A DNA stretch of 63,191 nt, the filler included, from a bacterium (GTDB taxonomy: Bacteria > JAJRZV01), in assembly GCA_024275095.1 (NCBI GenBank). It is 4 parts of 4 records of this genome, joined end to end, with 100 filler letters (N's around TTAATTAATTAA, not from the genome) between each part and the next. Parts side by side here need not be neighbours in the genome. Positions count along the whole stretch, not along the records: positions 42,609 to 57,815 come from JAJRZV010000088.1; positions 57,916 to 63,191 come from JAJRZV010000092.1; 2 more parts are not named here. One strand, given 5' to 3'. The notes under the pieces are model-generated. The model was given only the letters and a program-made list of their open reading frames with translations, had not been told where the DNA came from and made no database searches. Below are positions 54,693 through 63,191 of the stretch, piece after piece. The position numbers and the translations under genes are program-made. Every line of letters begins with the position of its first letter. Position 1 is the first letter of the stretch.

Positions 54693-55220
54693 TTATTTTT
54701 CTTTCTCGCTTGCCCTGTAAATAACGCGCGGGAGAGAGGAAAGAAGGTTATTTAACAATCCTACAAAAGAGCTGATAGGAGCAGCCACCGCTCCCACAGC
54801 CATACCGACCATTTCCGTATATGAAGGCAACCTGGAAAAGTAAATAATATCAGCCTCGCTCAGCAACTCCTTTTCGAAAACCCCACCTTTTAAAGCAAGT
54901 TTCTTTGTTGCCTTTTGAAATTTAATAAGCACCTTGGAAACCTCAATAGGATCTCCATCAATAAATACCACAGCAGTTGGACCCACAACCTTATCCACTA
55001 ACTTCGAATAATCCGTCCCTTCACACGCCCTTCTAAAAAGTGTATTTTTTACAACTTTGACTTCTGTTTTTGCTTCTTTAAGAGATCGACGAAGCTCCGA
55101 AATTTCGGATACTGTAAGTCCGCTAAAATCTGCAAGAAATATTGCCTTTGTTTTAACCAAACGTTCTTTAAGCCTGTCAATAATTTCCTGTTTTTTCTGT
55201 AGAGTTTCTTCAGTAGGCAT
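54693..55220 (-). CDS. rplJ: 50S ribosomal protein L10
   Basis: DFSGLTV..I..LR, VVKNTL, GPTA, LPS. Confidence 0.95.
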   Translation of the reverse strand: MPTEETLQKKQEIIDRLKERLVKTKAIFLADFSGLTVSEISELRRSLKEAKTEVKVVKNTLFRRACEGTDYSKLVDKVVGPTAVVFIDGDPIEVSKVLIKFQKATKKLALKGGVFEKELLSEADIIYFSRLPSYTEMVGMAVGAVAAPISSFVGLLNNLLSSLPRVIYRASEKEK

Positions 55221-55234
55221 GATGTCCCCCGATT

Positions 55235-55933
55235 TCAGCGAAGGTAATTTCTCAACGAGTTATAATCGACCTTAACCCCAGGTGACATGGTTGTGGTAAG
55301 CGTGACACCTCTAATATACGCTCCCTTACTTGTAGGTGGCTTGAGCGAAAGAATCTTTTCTATTGCTGCAATAATATTGTCCCGTAGTTTGCTTTCGTCA
55401 AACGAAACTTTACCCACGGGCAGGTGAATGTTTCCTGTTTTATCCACACGGAATTCAATCAGACCTTTCTTTGCATCTTCTACAGCCTTTTTAATATCAA
55501 AAGTTACAGTGCCTGACTTCGGATTCGGCATAAGGCCACGAGGGCCCAAAATTCTACCCAGCCTGCCCACCTGAGACATCATATCCGGTGTGGCAATGGC
55601 TATATCGAAATCCAGCCACCCCTCTTGAATCTTTTTTATCAGTTCATCCCCCCCGACATGGTCAGCACCTGCCTCTTCCGCTTCCTTGATTTTATCGCCT
55701 TTGGCAAATACAAGAACCTTTTTCTTCTTTCCTGTTCCATGAGGTAGGACAACTGAACCCCGGACAATTTGATCTGACTTTTTGGGATCGACTCCAAGAC
55801 GCAGATGAAGTTCGACGGTTTCATCAAAATTTCCGTATTTTATCTCTTTAAGCAGTTTCAGGGCTTCGTCCAGATTATAACGTTTCGTCCTGTCAACTTT
55901 TGCTATAGCCTCGCGATATTTCTTACCTCTCAT
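55235..55933 (-). CDS. rplA: 50S ribosomal protein L1
   Basis: [33 protein letters not shown]. Confidence 0.97.
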   Translation of the reverse strand: MRGKKYREAIAKVDRTKRYNLDEALKLLKEIKYGNFDETVELHLRLGVDPKKSDQIVRGSVVLPHGTGKKKKVLVFAKGDKIKEAEEAGADHVGGDELIKKIQEGWLDFDIAIATPDMMSQVGRLGRILGPRGLMPNPKSGTVTFDIKKAVEDAKKGLIEFRVDKTGNIHLPVGKVSFDESKLRDNIIAAIEKILSLKPPTSKGAYIRGVTLTTTMSPGVKVDYNSLRNYLR

Positions 55934-55943
55934 GATCCCCTCA

Positions 55944-56372
55944 TTAATCAACAATTTCTATTCCCATGCTTCTGGCAGTACCTTCGACAATCTTCATTGC
56001 TTTATTAATGTCAGTGGTGTTTAAATCGGGCATTTTTATCCTGGCTATCTCTTCAAGATCAGATTTTTTCAGTTTTGCAACCACCTGTCGTCCCGGTTCT
56101 GACGCACCCTTTTCAATCCCTGCCTTCTTTTTTAAAAGCACCGACGTCAGCGGGGTTTTAATCTTAAAAGTAAATGATTTATCTGAGTATATATCAACTA
56201 TCACAGAAAAAACAAGGTCTTTGGGCTCCTTTTTTGTCTTTTCATTAAATGCCTTACAGAACTCCATAATATTAATACCATGAGGCCCGAGAGCTGAGCC
56301 CACTGGCGGGGCAGGTGTGGCACTACCTGGTGGAATTTGAAGCCTCACCGTAGCCACAAGTTTCTTCGCCAT
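55944..56372 (-). CDS. rplK: 50S ribosomal protein L11
   Basis: [24 protein letters not shown]. Confidence 0.97.
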   Translation of the reverse strand: MAKKLVATVRLQIPPGSATPAPPVGSALGPHGINIMEFCKAFNEKTKKEPKDLVFSVIVDIYSDKSFTFKIKTPLTSVLLKKKAGIEKGASEPGRQVVAKLKKSDLEEIARIKMPDLNTTDINKAMKIVEGTARSMGIEIVD

Positions 56373-56385
56373 ATTTATGTCCTCC

Positions 56386-57021
56386 TCAGGAGATTTTCTC
56401 TACTTGGGAAAAATCGAGTTCCACAGGTGTACGGCGTCCAAATATACTTACTTCAACGGTGAGTCTCCCTCTTTCAGGATTAACACTCACCACTTTTCCG
56501 GTAAAATTCATAAATGGGCCCTCTATTACTCTCACTTCATCATCCACATCAATGGCCACACGGGGTTTGAGCTCACCATCCTCAATTTGCTGACGAAGTT
56601 TCTTTACATCCTCTTCTGGTAAAGGAGTGGGACTTTGCTGGTTTCCCACAAAACCTGTGACACGTGGTGTCTTTCTTACCAGATGCCATGTGTCTTTGTT
56701 CATCTCCATCTGAACGAGAATATACCCCGGGAAAAACTTCTGCTTTTTCTTTTTTTCCTGACCTTCTTTCTTGGGTTTTGTAGAAGGCTCCACTGTTTCT
56801 GAAGGAATAAATATTTCACCAAAATACTTCTGTAACTTGTGTTTTTTGATACGCTGTTCAAGTGCAAGCTTTACATTTTCTTCATATCCCGAGTAAGTAT
56901 GTACCACGTACCATTTCATACGTGAGATGTCTATCTTTTCTTTCTGGTCCTCATCACCTTTTGAAACACTGTTGTCAACCGATTGTTCATCTTCTGATGT
57001 TTTTTCTTTTTCCTCTACCAC
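56386..57021 (-). CDS. nusG: Transcription factor NusG
   Basis: [33 protein letters not shown]; about 33 extra acidic N-terminal residues if the GTG start is used. Confidence 0.96.
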   Translation of the reverse strand: MVEEKEKTSEDEQSVDNSVSKGDEDQKEKIDISRMKWYVVHTYSGYEENVKLALEQRIKKHKLQKYFGEIFIPSETVEPSTKPKKEGQEKKKKQKFFPGYILVQMEMNKDTWHLVRKTPRVTGFVGNQQSPTPLPEEDVKKLRQQIEDGELKPRVAIDVDDEVRVIEGPFMNFTGKVVSVNPERGRLTVEVSIFGRRTPVELDFSQVEKIS

Positions 57022-57039
57022 TTCTCCCTCCCAGGGAAC

Positions 57040-57234
57040 TCAGCCAAGGAGATGGCCAATTATAAGAGTATATAAGTAATCAAACAATCCCAGTAAAAAG
57101 GCAATTATAAAAGTAAACACAATAACTACGCCAGTCGTAGCCATAACCTCTCGTCGCGTGGGCCAGGTCACCCTCTTTAATTCTGCCCTCGCGTCTTTCA
57201 AAAATTGCACGACTTTTTTCAGAATTTCTTTCAT
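57040..57234 (-). CDS. secE: Preprotein translocase SecE
   Basis: ELKRVTWP plus a single TM. Confidence 0.93.
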   Translation of the reverse strand: MKEILKKVVQFLKDARAELKRVTWPTRREVMATTGVVIVFTFIIAFLLGLFDYLYTLIIGHLLG

Positions 57235-57304
57235 CAGCTACCCGCTTTTTATTTTGCTGCACCGTGCCATGTATATCACGTTCGCTCCGCTCACTTACCA
57301 CCCT

Positions 57305-57332
57305 CCGGTGGTTGGGGGTTCAAATCCCCCCT
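57305..57332 (+). repeat. Inverted copy of the 3' half of tRNA-Trp
   Basis: CCGGTGGTTGGGGGTTCAAATCCCcCCT is 27/28 identical to the reverse complement of 57402-57429. Confidence 0.9.
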
Positions 57333-57395
57333 TCCCAACAATCCTCCTCCCAGCATTATACGCTTCACATATAACATCAGCTTCTCTTCCCTTAT

Positions 57396-57469
57396 CAGGC
57401 CAGGAGGGATTTGAACCCCCAACCACCGGTTTTGGAGACCGGCGCTCTGCCTGGTTGAGCTACTGGCCT
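57396..57469 (-). tRNA. tRNA-Trp (CCA anticodon), 3' CCA not encoded
   Basis: AGGCCAGTAGCTCAACCAGGCAGAGCGCCGGTCTCCAAAACCGGTGGTTGGGGGTTCAAATCCCTCCTGGCCTG; usual rpmG-trpT-secE context. Confidence 0.95.
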
Positions 57470-57521
57470 TTTTCTTCCACACCGTTTTATATTCTTCTCT
57501 CTATATTTCCTGTGTTTCGTA

Positions 57522-57671
57522 TTATTTTGTTTCTTTATGTACTGTGTGTCGTTTGCAAAAAGGACAATACTTTTTCAGCTCGAGCCTTCCCGTTGTAGTC
57601 TTTTTATTCTTCGTGGTGGAGTAGTTCCGCCTTCGACATTCAGTACATTCAAGAGTTACCTTCACACGCAT
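57522..57671 (-). CDS. rpmG: 50S ribosomal protein L33 (Zn-binding C+ form)
   Basis: Manual translation [49 protein letters not shown] (49 aa, below the ORF cutoff). Confidence 0.96.
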   Translation of the reverse strand: MRVKVTLECTECRRRNYSTTKNKKTTTGRLELKKYCPFCKRHTVHKETK

Positions 57672-57674
57672 GGC

Positions 57675-57815
57675 TTACTCCAGCACCTCCGTTACTACTC
57701 CAGCTCCAACCGTACGCCCCCCCTCACGTATCGCAAACCGCATTCCCCTCTCCATCGCCACAGGATACATCAACTCAACCTCCATGTTCACATTATCACC
57801 AGGCATCACCATCTC
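57675..57815 (-). CDS. tuf: Elongation factor Tu, C-terminal fragment (second copy)
   Basis: EMVMPGDN...[20 protein letters not shown]. Confidence 0.95.
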   Translation of the reverse strand, partial: EMVMPGDNVNMEVELMYPVAMERGMRFAIREGGRTVGAGVVTEVLE

Positions 57816-57915
57816 NNNNNNNNNNNNNNNNNNNNNNNNNNNNNNNNNNNNNNNNNNNNTTAATTAATTAANNNNNNNNNNNNNNNNNNNNNNNNNNNNN
57901 NNNNNNNNNNNNNNN
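57816..57915. other. Artificial contig linker
   Basis: N44-TTAATTAATTAA-N44. Confidence 0.97.
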
Positions 57916-59238
57916 CCGGCATCTAAAATCAACCGCCTTAACGTTCCGAAAACATGTGGCAAATGTCACAAGGATATTTACAAAAAATACATAGAGAGCA
58001 CACATGGCCAGGCATTTCTCAAGGGAGCCCAGGATGCACCAGTATGCACTACCTGTCACGGTGAACACGATATTCTTCCTCCTCAGGAGCCGGGTTCACT
58101 TGTATACACCCGTAAAATCGCCAAGGAGACGTGTGGCCAGTGCCATGCATCAGAACGAATCGTGAAAAAATACGGCATTCCCGCTGATCGTTTTATTACT
58201 TACGAAGACAGCTACCACGGCCTTGCAGATATGTACGGTGACACACGGGTGGCCAACTGTGCCTCGTGTCATGGATACCATGGGGTATTTCCGTCCTCAG
58301 ACCCACGCTCCTCTGTAAACAAAAAGAACCTTCCCAAAACATGCGGCAAATGTCACCCCGGAGCCACGGCCAAATTCGCCGAGGGTAAAGTTCATGCAGG
58401 GATCACGCCTTCAGGCATCACACTGGGAGATAAAGTAAAGTACTACGTAAAGCTCGCATATGTAATTCTTATTCCCCTGGTTATCCTGGGAATGCTGTTC
58501 CACAATGCTCTCGACTTTCTCAAACGTTTAAAACTTGCCATTGAGGAACGGAAGAAAAACGGTGGATACCTGCGCATGGCAACCGCCGAAAGGGCCCAAC
58601 ATGTTCTCATGTTTACATCCTTTATAGTACTGGTTATCACGGGATTTGCCCTGCGGTTCAAATGGGGACTCCCCTTCATCGGTGGTGAACTCAACTCCAT
58701 ATTGAGGGGTACCATCCACAGGGTGGCTGCTGTAGGCTTGATCATTTCCTGCATCTGGCATCTCGTTTACATCGCGACCAATGAGCGGGGCAGAAAAATG
58801 TTCTGGGACCTCATGCCGCGTCCACGAGACGCCGTGGATGTTGTACAAACCCTGCTTTACTATTTCGGCCTTGCTGAAAAGCCCAAGTACGAACGTTTCA
58901 GTTATATCGAAAAATCCGAATACCTGGCTCTTATCTGGGGAGCCATTGTGATGATCGTCACGGGACTTATCCTGTGGTTCGAGGATGAGGCCATGAAATA
59001 CATACCCAAGTGGGGGGTGGATGTGGCCGATATTGTTCACTATTACGAAGCAATCCTGGCGACACTTGCCATCGTCGTATGGCACTTTTACCACGTCCAC
59101 ATTAAAGGTGGAATAAAGCACATGAACCTCTCATGGATTGTCGGAACGCTTACCGAAGAAGAAATGGAGGACGAACATGCAGCTGAACTCGAACAAATCA
59201 AAAAGGGGGCGGGTCATGACGAAAAGCCTTCTTTATAA
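57916..59238 (+). CDS. Multiheme cytochrome c fused to FdnI-like cytochrome b (CbcL-like), 5'-truncated
   Basis: Frame is open from the contig start. Five visible CxxCH (CGKCH, CTTCH, CGQCH, CASCH, CGKCH), then TMs with QH, IHR, EK.EYLALIWG, VHYYEA and WHFYHVH. Confidence 0.88.
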   Translation, partial: PASKINRLNVPKTCGKCHKDIYKKYIESTHGQAFLKGAQDAPVCTTCHGEHDILPPQEPGSLVYTRKIAKETCGQCHASERIVKKYGIPADRFITYEDSYHGLADMYGDTRVANCASCHGYHGVFPSSDPRSSVNKKNLPKTCGKCHPGATAKFAEGKVHAGITPSGITLGDKVKYYVKLAYVILIPLVILGMLFHNALDFLKRLKLAIEERKKNGGYLRMATAERAQHVLMFTSFIVLVITGFALRFKWGLPFIGGELNSILRGTIHRVAAVGLIISCIWHLVYIATNERGRKMFWDLMPRPRDAVDVVQTLLYYFGLAEKPKYERFSYIEKSEYLALIWGAIVMIVTGLILWFEDEAMKYIPKWGVDVADIVHYYEAILATLAIVVWHFYHVHIKGGIKHMNLSWIVGTLTEEEMEDEHAAELEQIKKGAGHDEKPSL

Positions 59239-60454
59239 ATCAAGCATTCAGTGGTTCGGTGTAAGTACAGCCTTTGTTATCCTTTCATTCTGTACACCTC
59301 TTTACGCTTCAAGCAAATGCGTAGAGTGCCATGTAAAAGGGAAAAACGGGCCCGATGTGAGACTCATTGACCTGAAGTTCCTAAAAAACTCGGTACACAG
59401 AGCGCTTGAGTGCATAGATTGCCACGAAGGAGCAGGGGTTGAGCCTCACACGTCCGAGAAAGCACTCCCAGTAAACTGTGGAAGATGCCACGTGAAATAT
59501 AATGAAGAGTACAAAAAGAGCATTCACGGACAGGCACAGGCAAAGGGAATCAAAGATGCTCCAAGTTGCTCAGATTGCCACGGCACGCACGGTATAAGAG
59601 CAGCTTCAGATCCTCTTTCCTCCGTGAACAGGGAAAACATCACTCAACTGTGCCTGAAATGTCACATAGACAGTGACATTACCGCCCAATACAACCTGCC
59701 GGGCATCAACTTTTTCAAATCTTACCAGGAGAGTGCACACTACAAAATAAAAGGGACAACACTCCAACCGGCAGCCGTATGCAGTGACTGCCACGGAAGC
59801 CACACAATACTTCCGGCTGACGACCCCTTTTCCTTCGTTAACAGAAAAAACATACCTTCCGATTGCGGAAAATGCCATTCCATTGAAAAGAAAAGATACA
59901 GCATGAGCATTCACTGGAAAGCTTTTGAAAAAGGCATTAAAGATGCACCCGTGTGCACCGATTGTCACGGAGAGCATACAATTCTTGACGTCCAGAACCC
60001 CAATTCCCAGATCAATCCAGTAAAAATTCCTTACACCTGTGCCAGATGCCACGAAAGCCTGAAACTCAGCGAAGCGTACCGGATTCCTCCCAAACGACTT
60101 TCCACGTATTTCAACACATATCATGGAATAGCCATACGATTTGGAGACACCACGGTGGCCAACTGTGCATCGTGCCACGGATATCATGAGATCCTCCCTG
60201 CATCAGACCCCAGATCTCCAATCAATCCTGCCAATCTCGTCAAAACATGCTCGCGTTGCCATCCTGGAGCGAATGAAAACTTCGCCAAGGGTCGCGTTCA
60301 CGTGGATGTGAGTCCCAAAGGAGAAAAGGGCGTTTTCGCCGTTCGTGTGTTTTACATCATATTCATCTCCGTTCTCTGCGCTGGTTTTCTCTTCCACGTA
60401 ATAGCCGACATACTCAGACAGCGCAGGGAATCTCGTGAAGGGAGGCGGTCATGA
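59216..60454 (+). CDS. Multiheme cytochrome c (11 CxxCH) with C-terminal membrane anchor
   Basis: Signal peptide, 11 CxxCH motifs, C-terminal TM containing a His. Confidence 0.92.
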   Translation: MTKSLLYKSSIQWFGVSTAFVILSFCTPLYASSKCVECHVKGKNGPDVRLIDLKFLKNSVHRALECIDCHEGAGVEPHTSEKALPVNCGRCHVKYNEEYKKSIHGQAQAKGIKDAPSCSDCHGTHGIRAASDPLSSVNRENITQLCLKCHIDSDITAQYNLPGINFFKSYQESAHYKIKGTTLQPAAVCSDCHGSHTILPADDPFSFVNRKNIPSDCGKCHSIEKKRYSMSIHWKAFEKGIKDAPVCTDCHGEHTILDVQNPNSQINPVKIPYTCARCHESLKLSEAYRIPPKRLSTYFNTYHGIAIRFGDTTVANCASCHGYHEILPASDPRSPINPANLVKTCSRCHPGANENFAKGRVHVDVSPKGEKGVFAVRVFYIIFISVLCAGFLFHVIADILRQRRESREGRRS

Positions 60455-61149
60455 AAAAAATTGGAACCATAGAAAATGGACGGGTTTTGCGCTTCAGCCT
60501 GCACATGAGAATTCAGCATATAGTGTTGATGGTAAGCCTTATTGCCCTGGCCGTTACAGGATTCGCCCTCAAGTACAACGACTCGGTGCTCGGGCGTTTT
60601 TTACTCACCATTGAAGGAGGCATGACCTTCAGGGGGATGATTCATCGCTTCTTCGCAGTAATACTGGTACTCGATATTATTTATCACCTCTGGTACACGG
60701 TGTTTACGGATGAGGGCCACAGAGAACTCATGCTTCTTAAACCCTCGCGTAAAGACGTAACCGAGTTTTTTGCTGTGATGAGGTACACGCTCACCGGCCG
60801 CGGGAGTAAGCCCGAGTTTGACAAATATACTTATCGTGAAAAAATTCAATATTGGGGAGTTGTCGTCGGCGTGTCCATCATGGTGATCACCGGGTTTCTC
60901 CTCTGGTTCGAAACCGCATCCATGACCGTAATGCCCAAGTGGATATTCGATATTACGGGGATTGTTCACGGGGCGGAAGGCATAATTTTGTTTATTATCC
61001 TGTTTTTATGGCATGCCTATAACGTGCACATCGGGGGCAAACAATTCTTTAATACTTCTTTCATCAGCGGATGGGAAGACCTGGATTACCTCAAGAAGGA
61101 GCGACCGCTGGAATACAAACGGTACACAGGAGGGGGTGAAGGTGTGTAA
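60451..61149 (+). CDS. Di-heme cytochrome b (FdnI/hydrogenase b-type)
   Basis: RIQH, IHR, EKIQYWG, VHG.E, WHAYNVH; 4 TMs. Confidence 0.88.
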   Translation: MKKIGTIENGRVLRFSLHMRIQHIVLMVSLIALAVTGFALKYNDSVLGRFLLTIEGGMTFRGMIHRFFAVILVLDIIYHLWYTVFTDEGHRELMLLKPSRKDVTEFFAVMRYTLTGRGSKPEFDKYTYREKIQYWGVVVGVSIMVITGFLLWFETASMTVMPKWIFDITGIVHGAEGIILFIILFLWHAYNVHIGGKQFFNTSFISGWEDLDYLKKERPLEYKRYTGGGEGV

Positions 61150-62227
61150 AAAACAACTCATTGCTTTACTCAGCGGTATTTTCTTGTGTGTCTCTGTAAA
61201 AGCCCAGGCGACGATAGCTGTCGAAAAATGTATGATCTGCCACGGGAAACCAGAACTTAAACGAGTGGATGCTGCGGGCAAGGTGCACTACCTTTTTGTA
61301 AACCTCAAGGTATTAAAGGCTTCTGTCCATGCCAAAAAGGTATGTACAGATTGCCACGCGGATGTAACAGTTATTCCTCATACCCAAAAACCCAAACGCG
61401 TCAACTGTCAGCGGTGTCATTACAAAGGCAATCCCCAGGGTGCTCCTCAGATAGACAAATACATGGAATACGAAAAAAGTGTCCATGCTCAGGAAGTACG
61501 AAAAGGAAACCCCAAGGCACCTGTATGTCAGGACTGCCACGGCAATCACGATGTAAGGAAAACGAAGGATCCGCTCTCGCATGTATTCAAAAACAACGTA
61601 CCTGAAACATGTGGAAGATGCCATATGGAGGAATACGCACAATACAGGCACAGCATTCACGGGACAGCCCTTCTTGATAAAGGAATTATGGACGCGCCCT
61701 CCTGTACTGACTGCCATGGTGAACACCTCATTCTCAGGCATACCAATCCCCAATCTCCCACCTACGCCACCCGCATAGTAAAAACGTGTGCCCATTGTCA
61801 TGAAGCTGTAAACATTGTGGGCAAATACGGCATAAATGTGGAGCAGGTGGAGACCTATGAGCGCAGTTTTCATGGTATTGCTGTTAAATTCGGAGAAAAA
61901 ACCGTCGCCAACTGTGCCTCATGTCACGGGGTACACAATATACTCCCCCCCGAAGATCCCCACTCAACCGTTTACATCAAAAACATTCCTAAAACCTGCG
62001 GGAAACCCAACTGCCATCCAGGAGCAAACATTAACTTCGCCAGGGGTAAAATCCACGTAAATCCTGAGAAGAAAAGTGCCGGAATTATTTACTGGATCGC
62101 TCTGTTTTTTAAAATTTTAACAGCCTCCGTATTGCTGGGTCTCATCATACACATTGCTATGGACCTTTACCGCCGTACCCAAGAATATCAGCAAAAAAAG
62201 AAAGAATTCAAAGAAATGGAGGAATAA
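61142..62227 (+). CDS. Multiheme cytochrome c (8 CxxCH + 1 CX4CH) with C-terminal anchor
   Basis: GTG start after AGGAGG, signal peptide ending AQA, heme-binding motifs, C-terminal TM containing a His. Confidence 0.9.
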   Translation: MCKKQLIALLSGIFLCVSVKAQATIAVEKCMICHGKPELKRVDAAGKVHYLFVNLKVLKASVHAKKVCTDCHADVTVIPHTQKPKRVNCQRCHYKGNPQGAPQIDKYMEYEKSVHAQEVRKGNPKAPVCQDCHGNHDVRKTKDPLSHVFKNNVPETCGRCHMEEYAQYRHSIHGTALLDKGIMDAPSCTDCHGEHLILRHTNPQSPTYATRIVKTCAHCHEAVNIVGKYGINVEQVETYERSFHGIAVKFGEKTVANCASCHGVHNILPPEDPHSTVYIKNIPKTCGKPNCHPGANINFARGKIHVNPEKKSAGIIYWIALFFKILTASVLLGLIIHIAMDLYRRTQEYQQKKKEFKEMEE

Positions 62228-62230
62228 TCC

Positions 62231-63191
62231 ATGGCTCACGAGAAAACAGAAAAAGTGCTCCAGGAAATACGCGCTACCGTCCGTGAAGAGGCCCTTAAAC
62301 GCCTTCGTGAAAAATTAGGCGGAATCACAGAAGACATAAATCTTGAAGAACTTATAGATTCACACATTGCCGAAGTAAATGAGGTGCTCGAAGGTTCGAT
62401 CAAACGTGCATCAATCAAGCTTTACAGGGAAGCTCTCAAAGATGCAAAAAAAATACTGAAAAGAACCGAAAAGGAAGAGGAAGAAGAGGAAGAGTACTTT
62501 ATCCGCTTTAACATCCACTTCCGGATACAGCACATGATCCTCTTCACCAGTGTGATATTATTGATATTAACGGGTATCCCCTTAAAATTCCCGGAGTTTG
62601 GAGCTCTTTCGGTATTCATTCATCTCTTCGGCGGAATTGAAAATTCGAGAATAATCCACAGGATAGGAGCCTCCGGACTCATTATATTCATGGTCTATCA
62701 CATGGCCTACGTGGTCCTTCACCCCGAAGGTCGGCGAGACTTCATTATGCTCATACCTCGACCCAAAGATGTGATGGACTTCATACAAAATGTTAAATAT
62801 TTCCTGGGGCTCACGAATGAAAAACCCAAGTTTGACAGGTTTTCATATATTGAGAAGTTCGATTACTGGGCAGTTTACTGGGGCTGTGTAATTATGATCG
62901 GTTCAGGGTTGCTCCTCTGGTTTGAAGAATTATCCATGAAATTCCTGCCTAAATTCGTCTTAGACATCGCCAAGGAAGCTCACAGCGATGAAGCACTCCT
63001 TGCAACCCTCGCTATTGTTATATGGCACTTCTACAACGTGCACTTTAATCCAGACCGTTTCCCGGGGACCTTGCTCTGGCTCCACGGGAAAATTTCCGCC
63101 GAAGAAATGAAAGAAGAACACCCACTTGAATACGAGCGCATCATGCGCGAACGTGCTGAAAAAGCGAAACAGGGGGAAAACCATGTCTCCA
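62231..63191 (+). CDS. Di-heme cytochrome b with ~85-aa N-terminal extension (3'-truncated by window end)
   Basis: Not in the ORF track. Manual translation MAHEKTEKV...RFNIHFRIQH...IHR...FSYIEKFDYWAVYWG...AHSDEALLA...WHFYNVH...EHPLEY. Confidence 0.88.
   Translation, partial: MAHEKTEKVLQEIRATVREEALKRLREKLGGITEDINLEELIDSHIAEVNEVLEGSIKRASIKLYREALKDAKKILKRTEKEEEEEEEYFIRFNIHFRIQHMILFTSVILLILTGIPLKFPEFGALSVFIHLFGGIENSRIIHRIGASGLIIFMVYHMAYVVLHPEGRRDFIMLIPRPKDVMDFIQNVKYFLGLTNEKPKFDRFSYIEKFDYWAVYWGCVIMIGSGLLLWFEELSMKFLPKFVLDIAKEAHSDEALLATLAIVIWHFYNVHFNPDRFPGTLLWLHGKISAEEMKEEHPLEYERIMRERAEKAKQGENHVS

Noticed and set aside
57291..57340. A separate + strand tRNA gene at the GGTTCAAATCC motif
   Set aside because: There is no D arm, anticodon arm or acceptor stem. 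It is only an inverted fragment of tRNA-Trp, reported as a finding.
1..63191. CRISPR arrays, prophage, integrase, transposase or defence genes, rRNA
   Set aside because: I saw no regularly spaced repeats or diagnostic motifs by eye.

Overview
A bacterial draft assembly. It is probably an anaerobic, possibly thermophilic, Deltaproteobacteria/Desulfobacterota-like lineage (inferred from MglAB, DUF1844, four-subunit POR, multiheme cytochromes and E/K-rich proteins). The window is four contigs joined by artificial 100-nt N/TTAATTAATTAA/N linkers, so adjacency across the linkers is meaningless. Contig 1 (1-23582) holds a minus-strand protein quality-control cluster (hsp20, dnaK, dnaJ, htpX, an atypical ClpA/C-type ATPase, GldA/F/G-like ABC transporter, DUF4340, htrA, DUF1844, htrA). 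It also holds a ~1390-aa acyl-CoA dehydratase activase fusion, tRNA-Cys, an exported FAD oxidoreductase with a QW-repeat protein, Hrb-FprA and an XRE regulator. Contig 2 (23683-42508) holds dnaG tail-rpoD-tRNA(CAT), a zinc-ribbon protein, ispA, dxs, a phosphatase, comF, an 8-gene Fet-like/DUF4418/DUF2318/ResB-like ABC cluster, mglBA and por genes. Contig 3 (42609-57815) is tuf-rpmG-tRNA-Trp-secE-nusG-rplKAJL-rpoBC-rpsLG-fusA-tuf. Contig 4 (57916-63191) is a tandem array of at least three multiheme cytochrome c / di-heme cytochrome b (CbcL-like) modules. The best leads are the hybrid metal-handling ABC cluster, the tandem CbcL-like array, a 28-nt inverted (antisense) copy of the tRNA-Trp 3' half, the FAD oxidoreductase/QW-repeat pair, and a Clp ATPase with both pore-loop tyrosines replaced. 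All family calls come from reading motifs by eye; no database searches were run.
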